Positions 37,254 to 46,478 of a DNA stretch of 64,000 nucleotides are shown piece by piece. Position 1 is the stretch's first letter, and each line of letters opens with the position of its first letter. The translations under genes were made by a program, and so were the position numbers. The stretch spans positions 124,001 through 188,000 of the IMG/VR virus record IMGVR_UViG_3300017991_000048, one strand, 5' to 3'. The notes under the pieces are model-generated. The model searched no databases and was not told where the DNA came from. It was given only the letters and a program-made list of their open reading frames with translations.

Positions 37254-37564
37254 ATCAGAACGATGCTACCCTCTTCGTCGGTGGTTTCTTCATCGATCAC
37301 TGTGCCGGTCTTCAGGAACTCTGCCTTGACCTTGGCCGAACTGTAGTGCTGACGCAGAACGCCGAACCTATCCTGCTTGTGTCCATAGTCACTGTCGCCC
37401 TCGATGTTTCCGGTGCTCAGATCCAGGGAAGCGTTTTTGAAGTCACCGGAACTCATGTAAATCATGTTTCCCCGAACTTCGTGCATAATCCCCGCCTGAT
37501 TCAGAGCCTGGATTGCCAGATCCTTGTCAGTGATATCTGTGGTTTGGTGTATTCGCCGTGACAT
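37238..37564 (-). CDS. DUF1257 / Ycf35-like protein
   Basis: MS..I..TTDITDKDLAIQAL..., LRQHY, G.V.DEET.EEGSIVL; canonical neighbour of Ycf46-type AAA. Confidence 0.65.
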   Translation of the reverse strand: MSRRIHQTTDITDKDLAIQALNQAGIMHEVRGNMIYMSSGDFKNASLDLSTGNIEGDSDYGHKQDRFGVLRQHYSSAKVKAEFLKTGTVIDEETTDEEGSIVLMWHMA

Positions 37565-37582
37565 TAGTAGTTGTCCCTTTCT

Positions 37583-37756
37583 CTAGTTAAGAGTAGTTTC
37601 GTGAACGTCGTCGCAATCAGGACCGGTGACCTCTTCATCAACGGTCTTCCCAACATTGGATGTTACCTTATGAACATCCTTACAGTCTTGCCCTTCACGG
37701 TCAAGAACCTCTGTTACAATCTTTCCATCCTTCTTAATAATGGTTTTACCTTTCAT
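37583..37756 (-). CDS. DUF2997-like small protein (57 aa; absent from ORF track)
   Basis: AGGAGG SD; MKGKTIIKKDGKIVTEVLDREGQDCKDVHKVTSNVGKTVDEEVTGPDCDDVHETTLN; I..DG.I..EV....G..C pattern. Confidence 0.7.
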   Translation of the reverse strand: MKGKTIIKKDGKIVTEVLDREGQDCKDVHKVTSNVGKTVDEEVTGPDCDDVHETTLN

Positions 37757-37772
37757 GGTAACCTCCTGTCTG

Positions 37773-37783
37773 TTATTACACCG
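37773..37783 (-). promoter_or_regulatory. putative phage promoter CGGTGTAATAA
   Basis: 16 nt before ATG 37756 with AGGAGG SD. Confidence 0.65.
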
Positions 37784-37785
37784 TT

Positions 37786-38358
37786 TTACCCTATTTTGAT
37801 TTTTTCTCCAGGTTTTATTACACGGGCATTGGTATCAATAGGGGCCGCAGGAGCGTCCCAGGCATCTTTTTGAGGTTTACTTTTCGCCCCGGAAATCATC
37901 TGGCCTTGTTTTGTCGGAGTGTTAGAATAGGCTAAATCACGGGATAATTGCCCTTTTTCTTGAGGCGGAGGTGGCGGGGGTGGGTCCAGAATCTTAGGGG
38001 GTGTCTCTTCAGGAAGGGGCTCAGACTTAGATTCAATTTTTGTTTCAATTTTAGGTTCTGGAACCGGGGCAGGCAGATCTTTAGGCTCCGTCCAGTCAGA
38101 ATTTACGGCAACGGGCTCTTCAGCAGGCATAAACTTCTGGGCTGCAATCTTCTCATAGTTAGGATCATCGGGGTCCATCTTAGGGACTTCTGAGAATAAC
38201 CGCTCATACCAACTGCCTGTGCGAATCTCAAATTTAGACTTCCCGAAGAAGCTCCGGGTACACCTGGGGCTCACGCAACGCATACAACACTCCGCCGTGA
38301 ACTCATCCACCGGAATGTTATCCATATTACATTCGCCGTATTGGTCTGTCCGTTCCAT
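37786..38358 (-). CDS. hypothetical protein, Cys-cluster N-terminus and Pro-rich tail
   Basis: ECN...CCMRCVSPRC; poly-Pro segment. Confidence 0.55.
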   Translation of the reverse strand: MERTDQYGECNMDNIPVDEFTAECCMRCVSPRCTRSFFGKSKFEIRTGSWYERLFSEVPKMDPDDPNYEKIAAQKFMPAEEPVAVNSDWTEPKDLPAPVPEPKIETKIESKSEPLPEETPPKILDPPPPPPPQEKGQLSRDLAYSNTPTKQGQMISGAKSKPQKDAWDAPAAPIDTNARVIKPGEKIKIG

Positions 38359-38367
38359 CTGAGTTCT

Positions 38368-41304
38368 CTAAGGAATTAGGTTATGCTCCTGAAGGTGAGC
38401 CATTAGCTTTTCTTTGTTGACCTTAAACTCAAGCGTCATATCTGGCGACAAAGGTAAAGATGACGGAACAAGGGTGGTTCCCACAATATCAGTTAAATGC
38501 AAGGGAACTCCCTCAGTCATTAGACTATCCATTATGGCATCAAATACCTGTTGTACGGTTTGTTCATTGAGTTGGTTAATACTTAATACCAGAGTTTCAG
38601 CCTCTGCGACAGGCTTTTCCACCTCAGTCTTAGACTCAATCTGAGGTTTCGCCTCAATCTTAGATTCCGTCTTAGGTTCTGTTGTATTCTTAGACTCGAC
38701 CTCAGGTTCTGGCTTCATCTCAAGTTTCGGTGTCTCAGGTGTCTCAGAAACTATATTAGATACACTCCCCGGCTTGTGTCCCATCAACCACGGAGCATCC
38801 ACAATCCGGAATACCTTCCCGTCCTGGACCTCATTCTGATCCAGAGGCTCTACAACGTCGCCCTTATCATTAACACGTGGTTGTCGAACGGTACTGTACA
38901 CGAAACCATTAAGAACAACCTCATTGCCCTTGGGCTTGTAATCTTTAGGGACTCGCCTCGCGTCGTAGCCAGAACCCCAGTTGAACCCAATCAAGGGCTC
39001 CACTACCAGGGGAACCTTCCATGGCGGCGTAGTAGGCATCCTCCAAGGCATCTCCATCTTACTGACAATTATCGGAACAGCCTCAGCCACGAGGTCGTGT
39101 CGGACCTCGAATACAACTTCATCGTGTACTGTAAGAAGCATCCGGATTGAATCGTCTCCGCCGTTCTTGAGCCATCCTTTTTCATGGAAAATCTTGTGTA
39201 ACCTGATCATGGCAATCTTCATTATATCAGCCCCGGAACCCTGAATCACGTAATTGACAGAGTAACGCTCACAGGCTGCTCTAACCTTATTTTCATCGCT
39301 GTTGGCATCTGGAATGGGAAGCCATCTGCCAAACGCTGTATAAACCCCCAACTCCTTTTTGACACGCTTATGCTGACTTTTGATCCAGCTAGCAAAGGTG
39401 GGCACGGCTTTATCAAACGCCTGTTTACGGCGTCGGGCCTCAACCTCACTACAGCCGGTCGCTCTTACTATGGTCCTTGGGCCACCCCCGTAAAGCAGAG
39501 AAAAGTTCGCTGTTTTCCCCGCACTGCGTTCCTTCTTGGTGATATCCTTCTTTCCGAACAGGGCTCTGGCAGTGATTGAATGAAGGTCGCCGCTGCCCTG
39601 TAGAAACTCGTGAATCCAGACGCTTTCCCCGGAAACGTTGGCCGCGATACGCAACTCTTCCCCGGCATAATCAGCCTTTATCATTGTGTAGCCGGGTCGG
39701 GCTATGAACACTCTTCTGACATCTGAACCGTTGGGAATACCATGTACCGGGATGCCTGAATAGCCGTGCTCAGGGTTTCCAGCCGGGGCAGAAAACCTCC
39801 CGCTGGCAGCGCCGGTCTGTTTGAAGCTAACTCTCAACTCATCGTTTTCATCCGGGTTGTTGGCCAAACCTAACAAGTAAGTCCCTATGAACTTCTCAAC
39901 TTCTCGGAATTTAACAATGTCCTTTAGGATGGGGGGAGCGCTTTCAGCTTTTGCCAACCTCTCTAAGGTGTCTGCATCTGTCTTATACTGACCGCTGGCA
40001 ATGTTCTTGTCGGGCTTGGGAGAGATATCTAAGCCTTTGGGAGCAGGACCGAAAAGGAATGATGAAAGCTGCTTTGGGGAGTTGGGGTCCAGTTCTTCAG
40101 AGCGTCCGTTAGCCTTGGCGAACTTCTGAATCTTCCCATAAATCTGCTCACGCTTCTTTTCTTGTTCAGCTAACGTTTCACGGACCGCTTCTCGTTCGAT
40201 CCGGACGCGGTTCCTCTCCATAACCCGGACCACACAAGTGGTCTGCTTCTCAATCTTATACGTTACTGCGTGTTTGGCGTGACACCGAGGCACCAAATCT
40301 GGAATAGTGCATAACTTGTACGTGCAGATGGCGTCCGACCCTGTGTAGCGCAGCACTCCCGGCTCATCCGGAGCCAAGGTCTGGAATCTAATGTTCTTGG
40401 TCTTACCGAAGAATAACTCCTTCAACTCGATCATCTCATAGGGGTTGCCGTCTGGATCGTGAAGCAACTCCTTGGATTTAGCTTTCAGACCAAACCGCTT
40501 GGCTCCTGCAAAAACTGTAAAAGCGGCAAGCATTCCATCTTCAAAAGAATCAGGATGCCACCAGTCGATACCCGTCACCGGGTAAAGGAACTCCTGGTCA
40601 AACTGAGCATTCCAAAATGCTATGACAAGGTTAGGGTTTTCTGCGGGGCGCTCGACTTTGTAAGAAAGCGGGTCTTTTTTGATAGCTTCCGGAGTCCCTT
40701 CCGGAATCGCGGCATGGCAAAGCCGTGAAATGGCTTCATCTACTTCCTTGACGCTGACATTGAGATTAGGCCCACCGTCAGCCGGTTGGTGACGAACGGG
40801 GATATAAAACCCCTCTTCCCCATCATAAGATATACAGTACCCTACGATTTTGTGTACCGTTTCGGGCTTGCCGTCTTTGTAAATGATTCGATTATCGAGC
40901 CCTTCACATTCCAAGTCCAGCGAGCAAAACTTTCGCTTGATACATTCATCTACGATTTGATTGACTTGTGCTACAGATTCTACCCTGGTGAATGTGTGGT
41001 GCTTCATCCAGGGGTACATGATATCTGGCACTTCCCGATCCCGTTCGAGCCCGGAGTTGTCCATAAAAACCGAAAGGGCATCCAGGTTTTCTTCGGACTT
41101 TTCTTCAGGTTTCAACTCGACTTTGGGTTTCTGAGAACCGCCCAGATCAATGGCATCGAGCACCTCTTCCACACTGGCGTCAAGGTCAATAATCTCCTGC
41201 TCCGAGACAGGTGTTTTAACGTCCTCTTTCTTTGGCTCAGGTTCTTGTTTGGGCTTCTGGCCATTGAGGAATTCATCGAGAAAGTCATTAATATCATCAG
41301 GCAT
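38368..41304 (-). CDS. polA: family A DNA polymerase with 3'-5' exonuclease domain
   Basis: Exo I DLECEG, Exo II NAQFD, Exo III YTGSDA; TGAASGRFS; motif A KADYAGEELR; motif B RSAGKTANFSLLYG; motif C LTVHDE. Confidence 0.95.
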   Translation of the reverse strand: MPDDINDFLDEFLNGQKPKQEPEPKKEDVKTPVSEQEIIDLDASVEEVLDAIDLGGSQKPKVELKPEEKSEENLDALSVFMDNSGLERDREVPDIMYPWMKHHTFTRVESVAQVNQIVDECIKRKFCSLDLECEGLDNRIIYKDGKPETVHKIVGYCISYDGEEGFYIPVRHQPADGGPNLNVSVKEVDEAISRLCHAAIPEGTPEAIKKDPLSYKVERPAENPNLVIAFWNAQFDQEFLYPVTGIDWWHPDSFEDGMLAAFTVFAGAKRFGLKAKSKELLHDPDGNPYEMIELKELFFGKTKNIRFQTLAPDEPGVLRYTGSDAICTYKLCTIPDLVPRCHAKHAVTYKIEKQTTCVVRVMERNRVRIEREAVRETLAEQEKKREQIYGKIQKFAKANGRSEELDPNSPKQLSSFLFGPAPKGLDISPKPDKNIASGQYKTDADTLERLAKAESAPPILKDIVKFREVEKFIGTYLLGLANNPDENDELRVSFKQTGAASGRFSAPAGNPEHGYSGIPVHGIPNGSDVRRVFIARPGYTMIKADYAGEELRIAANVSGESVWIHEFLQGSGDLHSITARALFGKKDITKKERSAGKTANFSLLYGGGPRTIVRATGCSEVEARRRKQAFDKAVPTFASWIKSQHKRVKKELGVYTAFGRWLPIPDANSDENKVRAACERYSVNYVIQGSGADIMKIAMIRLHKIFHEKGWLKNGGDDSIRMLLTVHDEVVFEVRHDLVAEAVPIIVSKMEMPWRMPTTPPWKVPLVVEPLIGFNWGSGYDARRVPKDYKPKGNEVVLNGFVYSTVRQPRVNDKGDVVEPLDQNEVQDGKVFRIVDAPWLMGHKPGSVSNIVSETPETPKLEMKPEPEVESKNTTEPKTESKIEAKPQIESKTEVEKPVAEAETLVLSINQLNEQTVQQVFDAIMDSLMTEGVPLHLTDIVGTTLVPSSLPLSPDMTLEFKVNKEKLMAHLQEHNLIP

Positions 41305-41719
41305 CGGGACAGGGCTCCTGTACTGTCACTACATACACCTCTTGACGCCATAATTTGATGATATCGGCAGCGAGACTTCCGGGCACAATCCCATCTGGCT
41401 CAAAACACCACGGCATCTTGGAAAAAAGAACGCCACATCGACGCGGCATATAAAAAGGACAGGGGTCTTCATGGGCACATCTTTGAGCTTGTTTCGACAG
41501 CTTACGCAGCATTCCTTTGGGCGGTGGTCCCAAGTTGTCTACAAGAGGGCGAGTCCACCCTCGTAAGGCGTGATCCATTGTCTCTTTGGCCACTGACGGG
41601 ATATCCATCACTCCTTGTAAAGGCTGCCACGTTTCTTCCCACGTCCCGCCTACGTCATAGATAAGGTACAGTTCAACCTCCCCCATCTCAGCGGTAGACA
41701 GTTTCAATCGCCTTGGCAT
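41297..41719 (-). CDS. hypothetical protein with Cys cluster
   Basis: CAHEDPCPFY..RRC......PWCF. Confidence 0.55.
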   Translation of the reverse strand: MPRRLKLSTAEMGEVELYLIYDVGGTWEETWQPLQGVMDIPSVAKETMDHALRGWTRPLVDNLGPPPKGMLRKLSKQAQRCAHEDPCPFYMPRRCGVLFSKMPWCFEPDGIVPGSLAADIIKLWRQEVYVVTVQEPCPDA

Positions 41720-42342
41720 TTCTTATTCCGTACCTTTTCTCCTATCTTATTTAACACCTGTTCCAGATTCTTTTTAATCGCCTCTAAGGGAAGAGCTTCA
41801 TTGTCTGAAACATAATGAAGCTGGTCCAAAATTGCCCCCAGTTTCAAATGAGCTTCCATCTCAAAGTACTCCCGCTCTTCTCTTAAGCGGTTTTCACAAG
41901 CTTCAAACAAAGAAGCGACCTCATCCTTAAGAGGGTTATATTCATCTTCGATATGAATAGAAGACTGCGGTTCCGGGACCGGAAGCCCAAAAGCTTTCTC
42001 TATTTGGAACAGCAACTCTGAAAACTTGACTTCTCCGTTAAACTTTTGCCACAACCGGATGGCATCCCATTGTTCACGACAAACAAAACACCAGACGGCA
42101 GAAATTCCGTTCTTATTCTGAGGGTAATAACGCGCACTGGGTTTCGCGTCATCACCATGAAAAGGACATGAAAACTGCTCTTCTTGGGCTCCGCTTTTGT
42201 GGAGCGTGATTCCGTGTCGGCCAAGAACGTCTGCCGCTGTGATGTTGCTGTGGATGTTTGCCACCCGTTCTTTTATCCACTGTCGGATGGCCACGCCGCG
42301 TTCATGTTCCGCGTAGGCTTCCTGTTGGTAGTTTCGAGCCAT
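41704..42342 (-). CDS. stand-alone primase-type CHC2 zinc-binding domain protein
   Basis: CPFHGDDAKPSA...WCFVC...WDAI; no TOPRIM domain. Confidence 0.8.
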   Translation of the reverse strand: MARNYQQEAYAEHERGVAIRQWIKERVANIHSNITAADVLGRHGITLHKSGAQEEQFSCPFHGDDAKPSARYYPQNKNGISAVWCFVCREQWDAIRLWQKFNGEVKFSELLFQIEKAFGLPVPEPQSSIHIEDEYNPLKDEVASLFEACENRLREEREYFEMEAHLKLGAILDQLHYVSDNEALPLEAIKKNLEQVLNKIGEKVRNKKCQGD

Positions 42343-43823
42343 TAGACATCCATAGCTTCGATGTACTCATTGTACTCATCAAGGGTTTCAACGGAGATCC
42401 CTTTAGGTTCCACCTTTTGGGGCGAGAGGATACGACGGCAAGGGAATAATATATGCGCCTCAAAGGGGTCAAAAAGCGGGTTGTCTCGATTTTTAAGGTT
42501 TGTGAACTTTGTCCGTCCTGCTGTCCTCAAGGCATCGTTCAAATAAGTTGTCGTGATAACATCAGCGCTTTTCTCAGCGGCGTTGGCATAAGTAAGTGCT
42601 TTGATCTTATAAACCCCCTCGTTTTTATCGGCATCGTCTTTTCCTTGTCGGTTGATCTGGAAAAGCATAAGCACTGGGACGCCATTATTATGATCAAAAT
42701 GCAATGCGAATTGCTTGGCATCGTTTATAACGGAGTTAAGTTCGATCGTGTAGTCTTTATTTCGACGGCTTTTCCGGGCCTCGATCCATTGCCCGTGGTC
42801 CAATATAACCATACCCACTTCGAACTCTTTGTGTAATAATTCGATTTGAGCCGCCACATCTTCCATATCCCACGGACGGTCAGGAGTCACCACCTCATAG
42901 GTAGTGTAGTTGGGGTTACTTTCCCAGTCCGGTTTTACGTGGTTAAAGTAAAAGTCCTTTTCTTCCGTGGTAAGCTTCCCGTCACGGATACCTTCATAAT
43001 CTAGAGGCTTGAACCCTTTCAAAGCAAACTTGGCATTCGCACTATGAACCGTAAAAATGTTACGGCGGATCTGAGCGTAGGGCATCTCAAAGGAAACATA
43101 GACCACATTTTTCTTGAATCTGGTAACAGCCTCGTAGCCCCAGTTCACTGCAAAGGTGGTTTTAAGTTCTGAAGGAAAGGCCGCGTGTATCCATAACTCA
43201 CCCTTCTTGACTCCTTTACAAGCGTCGTCTATTTCATTGATCCCTGAAAGCACCCCATAAACACGACTCTTGTCGCTTTCAGCAGCTTCATACTCTTCCA
43301 CCATCTCCTGGCCGTCTTTACGGACATCCCCATGAACTCTCACATTCGTGTCTACAACCCGGATCTCCTGAGAGCGTTTGGTAAAATGCAGGATGGCGTC
43401 TTCCAATCCCTTACGGACCGTTTTCTTTTTCTTGTCCTCAACGCCTTTGATGAGAATATCATGTGTCTCTTTGAGGAGAGCTACAGCTTTAACTTTGGCT
43501 TGGCTCTCCTGTAATGTACGCAACAGGTGAACAAAGTTTGTACGAGCGTAAGGGCGGTAGGTTTGGACATCTTTTAAGCGCTCAACAGCCTCTACTCCGC
43601 TGTTTTCCACAAAGTAGTCGAGGACGGTTTGAGCAGACGGCATCTCAAAATGCTGAATGAAGAAACCTAATATGTATTTGAAAATCTGGTCATCTTCCGG
43701 ACGGCTCCATTCAAATTGCCCTATATCAACCGCTTTACGAAGAAGTTGAAAATTGCGAACGAGGTTTTCCGGGGAAACCTCTTTGTCAAACTCTATAACA
43801 GATCGTAATAATCGTGTGGGCAT
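42342..43823 (-). CDS. DnaB-like replicative helicase
   Basis: SGINEIDDACKG.KKGEL, AAFPSELKTT (variant Walker A), YVSFEM, VILDH, LFQINRQG, AEKSADVI, LKNRD. Confidence 0.85.
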   Translation of the reverse strand: MPTRLLRSVIEFDKEVSPENLVRNFQLLRKAVDIGQFEWSRPEDDQIFKYILGFFIQHFEMPSAQTVLDYFVENSGVEAVERLKDVQTYRPYARTNFVHLLRTLQESQAKVKAVALLKETHDILIKGVEDKKKKTVRKGLEDAILHFTKRSQEIRVVDTNVRVHGDVRKDGQEMVEEYEAAESDKSRVYGVLSGINEIDDACKGVKKGELWIHAAFPSELKTTFAVNWGYEAVTRFKKNVVYVSFEMPYAQIRRNIFTVHSANAKFALKGFKPLDYEGIRDGKLTTEEKDFYFNHVKPDWESNPNYTTYEVVTPDRPWDMEDVAAQIELLHKEFEVGMVILDHGQWIEARKSRRNKDYTIELNSVINDAKQFALHFDHNNGVPVLMLFQINRQGKDDADKNEGVYKIKALTYANAAEKSADVITTTYLNDALRTAGRTKFTNLKNRDNPLFDPFEAHILFPCRRILSPQKVEPKGISVETLDEYNEYIEAMDV

Positions 43824-44674
43824 TATACGTCCGGTAAACCATTCTTACGCTTTTTATACTGCTCGTAGGGCTTACGCTGCTTTTCAGGGATTTCGATAGT
43901 GTCTGCATCCAACATACGAGATCCCTTTTCCAAAGTTTCACTCTTGGTTACTTCTATCCCAGGCCCCATGGCAATTTCATTGTCAAAAGCCTCTTGCGCC
44001 TCAACCTTCTTTATCTCCCGTAGCTCTTCTACGTTCCCACCCAAATCAATAATGTCGAAGTTCTCGCCTATATAACTGTTTACTTTCTCACTATATGTAG
44101 CGCTATCATGCGAAAACCCGTCATCTCCTGCAATGATCCAGGTAGCTTTACGGCGGCGTCTACGAATTGTAAGGGCTTCATATAATACATCTGGCATCGC
44201 TCTATTTCGTTTTACTGCTCCCAGGTACAAAATTACCAAATCAGGGTCGGAAAGTAAGTCGGAAAGACAGTTATTGGTTTCAATAACGTTTCGAACCCCC
44301 GATGGTCTAAGGTCGTATCTCTCTTTGCCAAGCCAAACATTGAGCAGACGATCATCATCCATAATTTTGAAAGCAAATTCGGGAGAGTATAAATACTTGC
44401 CCGACAATACCCAACGAAGGTGTCGGCAAACGATTTCCCATGTTCCTTTGAGAAATAAGTCGTCCGTTGTTCTATCTACTGGGTCGTTTTCACTGGGAGC
44501 ATAGAGCGGAGACTTTTTTACCCATTTAGCATTATAAACATCAGAGTTACCGATGTACTCTTGAAATAGTTTCTTCTCCAAGCACTTACAGCGCTTAGGA
44601 ACAACCACTTCATCCTTGCACTCGTAAAGCCACTGTTTTCCTTTACACAGTGGGCAAGTTTTTTCTTTAGTCAC
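43823..44674 (-). CDS. DnaC/IstB-like helicase loader, degenerate ATPase
   Basis: N-terminal CPLCKG..W...CKC; DLVILYLG and RRRRKATWI match the DnaC layout, but Walker A/B are lost; directly upstream of DnaB. Confidence 0.55.
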   Translation of the reverse strand: MTKEKTCPLCKGKQWLYECKDEVVVPKRCKCLEKKLFQEYIGNSDVYNAKWVKKSPLYAPSENDPVDRTTDDLFLKGTWEIVCRHLRWVLSGKYLYSPEFAFKIMDDDRLLNVWLGKERYDLRPSGVRNVIETNNCLSDLLSDPDLVILYLGAVKRNRAMPDVLYEALTIRRRRRKATWIIAGDDGFSHDSATYSEKVNSYIGENFDIIDLGGNVEELREIKKVEAQEAFDNEIAMGPGIEVTKSETLEKGSRMLDADTIEIPEKQRKPYEQYKKRKNGLPDV

Positions 44675-46445
44675 GGGTACTTTCTACACCAGAACGCAAG
44701 CGTTTAATTAGCTGCTTGGCGAAGCTGCCCTCCTCTTCGAAGTCAAGAGCGCCGACAGCGGACTCGCCTAAAACCTTGTCTATCAAGGCTTTCTTGCGTT
44801 GGAGAATCTCCAATGTGTAGTGGTCGATAGTTTTCTTCGGGTTTCCGGGACGTTCCGCAACAAGATGGATGGCAACTACGTGCTGATGGGGAGAGCCTAT
44901 TCGAATCGGACGCCCTAATAACTGGACATAATTTCCCCATGACCACGGGGCGTTATAGGCGATCAGAACCTTGGCGGCTTGGAGATTGATAGACTCTGAG
45001 CCAGCATCAGAGATAAAGATAACCCGAACCTTTGATTTCAAGTCCTGGAAGGCTTCCATGGCTTTTTGTCGGGCCGGGTTTTTCTTGGTGTCTACAACCT
45101 TTCCAGTGATAGCGGTGGACTCGATCCCGGCCTTTTTGCAAAGCTGTTGAAGTCTCGGAACCAGAGAGGCAAAGCGTGTATACACAATTACCTTCTCTTC
45201 ATCGAACTCGCCTGTCAGAAGGTCCATGAGCGCCTGTTCCTTTGAACTAAGCTCAGTGACTTTCGCCTGCTCATCATGGTACATATCAACATCGATAAGA
45301 TCCCCCTCTTCATAACGAAGCAAATGCAAGGAATCCACAGTCTGCTGACAATAGATAAGGGCTACGAGTTTCTTATGTTCTTCATAATCCCTGACCTCAC
45401 CGTCGCCAAGTTCCAAAATACCAGTCAGAGCCTCATCGTACTTGGCGTCTTCGGCGGCTGTTAGCTCAATCAGCACCTCTCTTGTGATAAGCTTTGGCAA
45501 CTCGTTAGAAATGAGATGCTTGGCGCGGCCCAAAAAGAACGGGTCAATACGTTTACGGAAAAGTTCCAGGTTTTTGTAACCGGTAATAATCGGAATCTGG
45601 CGTCGTGTTCCAGTCTTTGTGACTACCGGCTGCATCCTTGTGGTGCAGAACTGGCCCATGAACTTTGTCTTGGTGGTGAAGACACCAGGGTAGATACACT
45701 TATAAATGGCGAAGCCTTCGATCAGGTTGTTTTTCAGAAGGGTTGCCGTCATCCCATAACAGCGATTGGAACGATCCGCCAACTCCCAACACACTTGCCA
45801 AGTCTTGGTCCTCTCGTTCTTGAACGCAGTGCATTCATCATAAGTAATGCTAAGGGCCGGTATGCCTTTGGTGATCCCGTCCAGCAAACCAGGAGTAGCT
45901 GGAGCTTTCATATCCGGTTGTCCGTTTGCTTTTAACGGTCTTTTGGCTCCTTTGCCCCAGTCCCGGACCAGTGAAGCATAACCTATGACCATAATGGCTT
46001 TTTCGTCTCCACTGTGGGCTGCAAAAGCCTTATATGTTGCTTTTCGTTCCTCTGCGGTCCCTTCTACTAGATAAACCTTGATCCCTGTTGTAAACCTGTA
46101 AATCTCGGCTCTCCACTGTCTGAGAGCACTTTTAGGGGCTACCACTATGACTTTATTCTCTGGTTCCTTCTGCCACGCATAACAATGAGAGGCGATTGCG
46201 ATTATGGTTTTACCGGTCCCGGTGTCGTCTCCCAGAACAAACCGCTTCATTGAGATCAGGTGGAAAACCGCCTGAACTTGATAATACCGGAGCTTGAAAG
46301 GCTTCTCGTCTCCGTTCAAATCGACAAACTCTGACCGGAGCATTGAGGTCGGCTTCAGAGAAACCTTCGTACTGGCGCGAACCTTTTGGAGAAGTTCATA
46401 AACCTTCGCGTGTTTAGCCAGTAAGTCTTCTTTTTTGGAGGCCAT
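44667..46445 (-). CDS. SNF2-family helicase/ATPase
   Basis: LRYYQ, LGDDTGTGKT, VVAPKS..QW..E, YDEC, MTATLLKN, SKEQAL, DAGSESINLQAA, QLLGRPIRIG. Confidence 0.9.
   Translation of the reverse strand: MASKKEDLLAKHAKVYELLQKVRASTKVSLKPTSMLRSEFVDLNGDEKPFKLRYYQVQAVFHLISMKRFVLGDDTGTGKTIIAIASHCYAWQKEPENKVIVVAPKSALRQWRAEIYRFTTGIKVYLVEGTAEERKATYKAFAAHSGDEKAIMVIGYASLVRDWGKGAKRPLKANGQPDMKAPATPGLLDGITKGIPALSITYDECTAFKNERTKTWQVCWELADRSNRCYGMTATLLKNNLIEGFAIYKCIYPGVFTTKTKFMGQFCTTRMQPVVTKTGTRRQIPIITGYKNLELFRKRIDPFFLGRAKHLISNELPKLITREVLIELTAAEDAKYDEALTGILELGDGEVRDYEEHKKLVALIYCQQTVDSLHLLRYEEGDLIDVDMYHDEQAKVTELSSKEQALMDLLTGEFDEEKVIVYTRFASLVPRLQQLCKKAGIESTAITGKVVDTKKNPARQKAMEAFQDLKSKVRVIFISDAGSESINLQAAKVLIAYNAPWSWGNYVQLLGRPIRIGSPHQHVVAIHLVAERPGNPKKTIDHYTLEILQRKKALIDKVLGESAVGALDFEEEGSFAKQLIKRLRSGVESTRD
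44681..44691 (-). promoter_or_regulatory. putative phage promoter TGGTGTAGAAA
   Basis: 6 nt before GTG 44674, inside the 3' end of the SNF2 gene. Confidence 0.45.
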
Positions 46446-46453
46446 ATCGGTGG

Positions 46454-46464
46454 ATCTTACACCG
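46454..46464 (-). promoter_or_regulatory. putative phage promoter CGGTGTAAGAT
   Basis: 8 nt before ATG 46445, at the head of the replication operon. Confidence 0.6.
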
Positions 46465-46478
46465 ACAATCGGATAAGT

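Noticed and set aside
41331-41340. Extra GTGTA copies upstream of polA (AGGTGTATGT) and at about 25796-25804
   Set aside because: They have weaker hexamers, longer spacing and (for polA) lie within coding sequence, so they were not counted among the 12 supported copies.
38368-43823. Possible inteins or introns in PolA and DnaB
   Set aside because: The conserved motifs are normally spaced; no C...HN splice junctions or LAGLIDADG/HNH inserts were seen. The extra PolA length is terminal low-complexity sequence.
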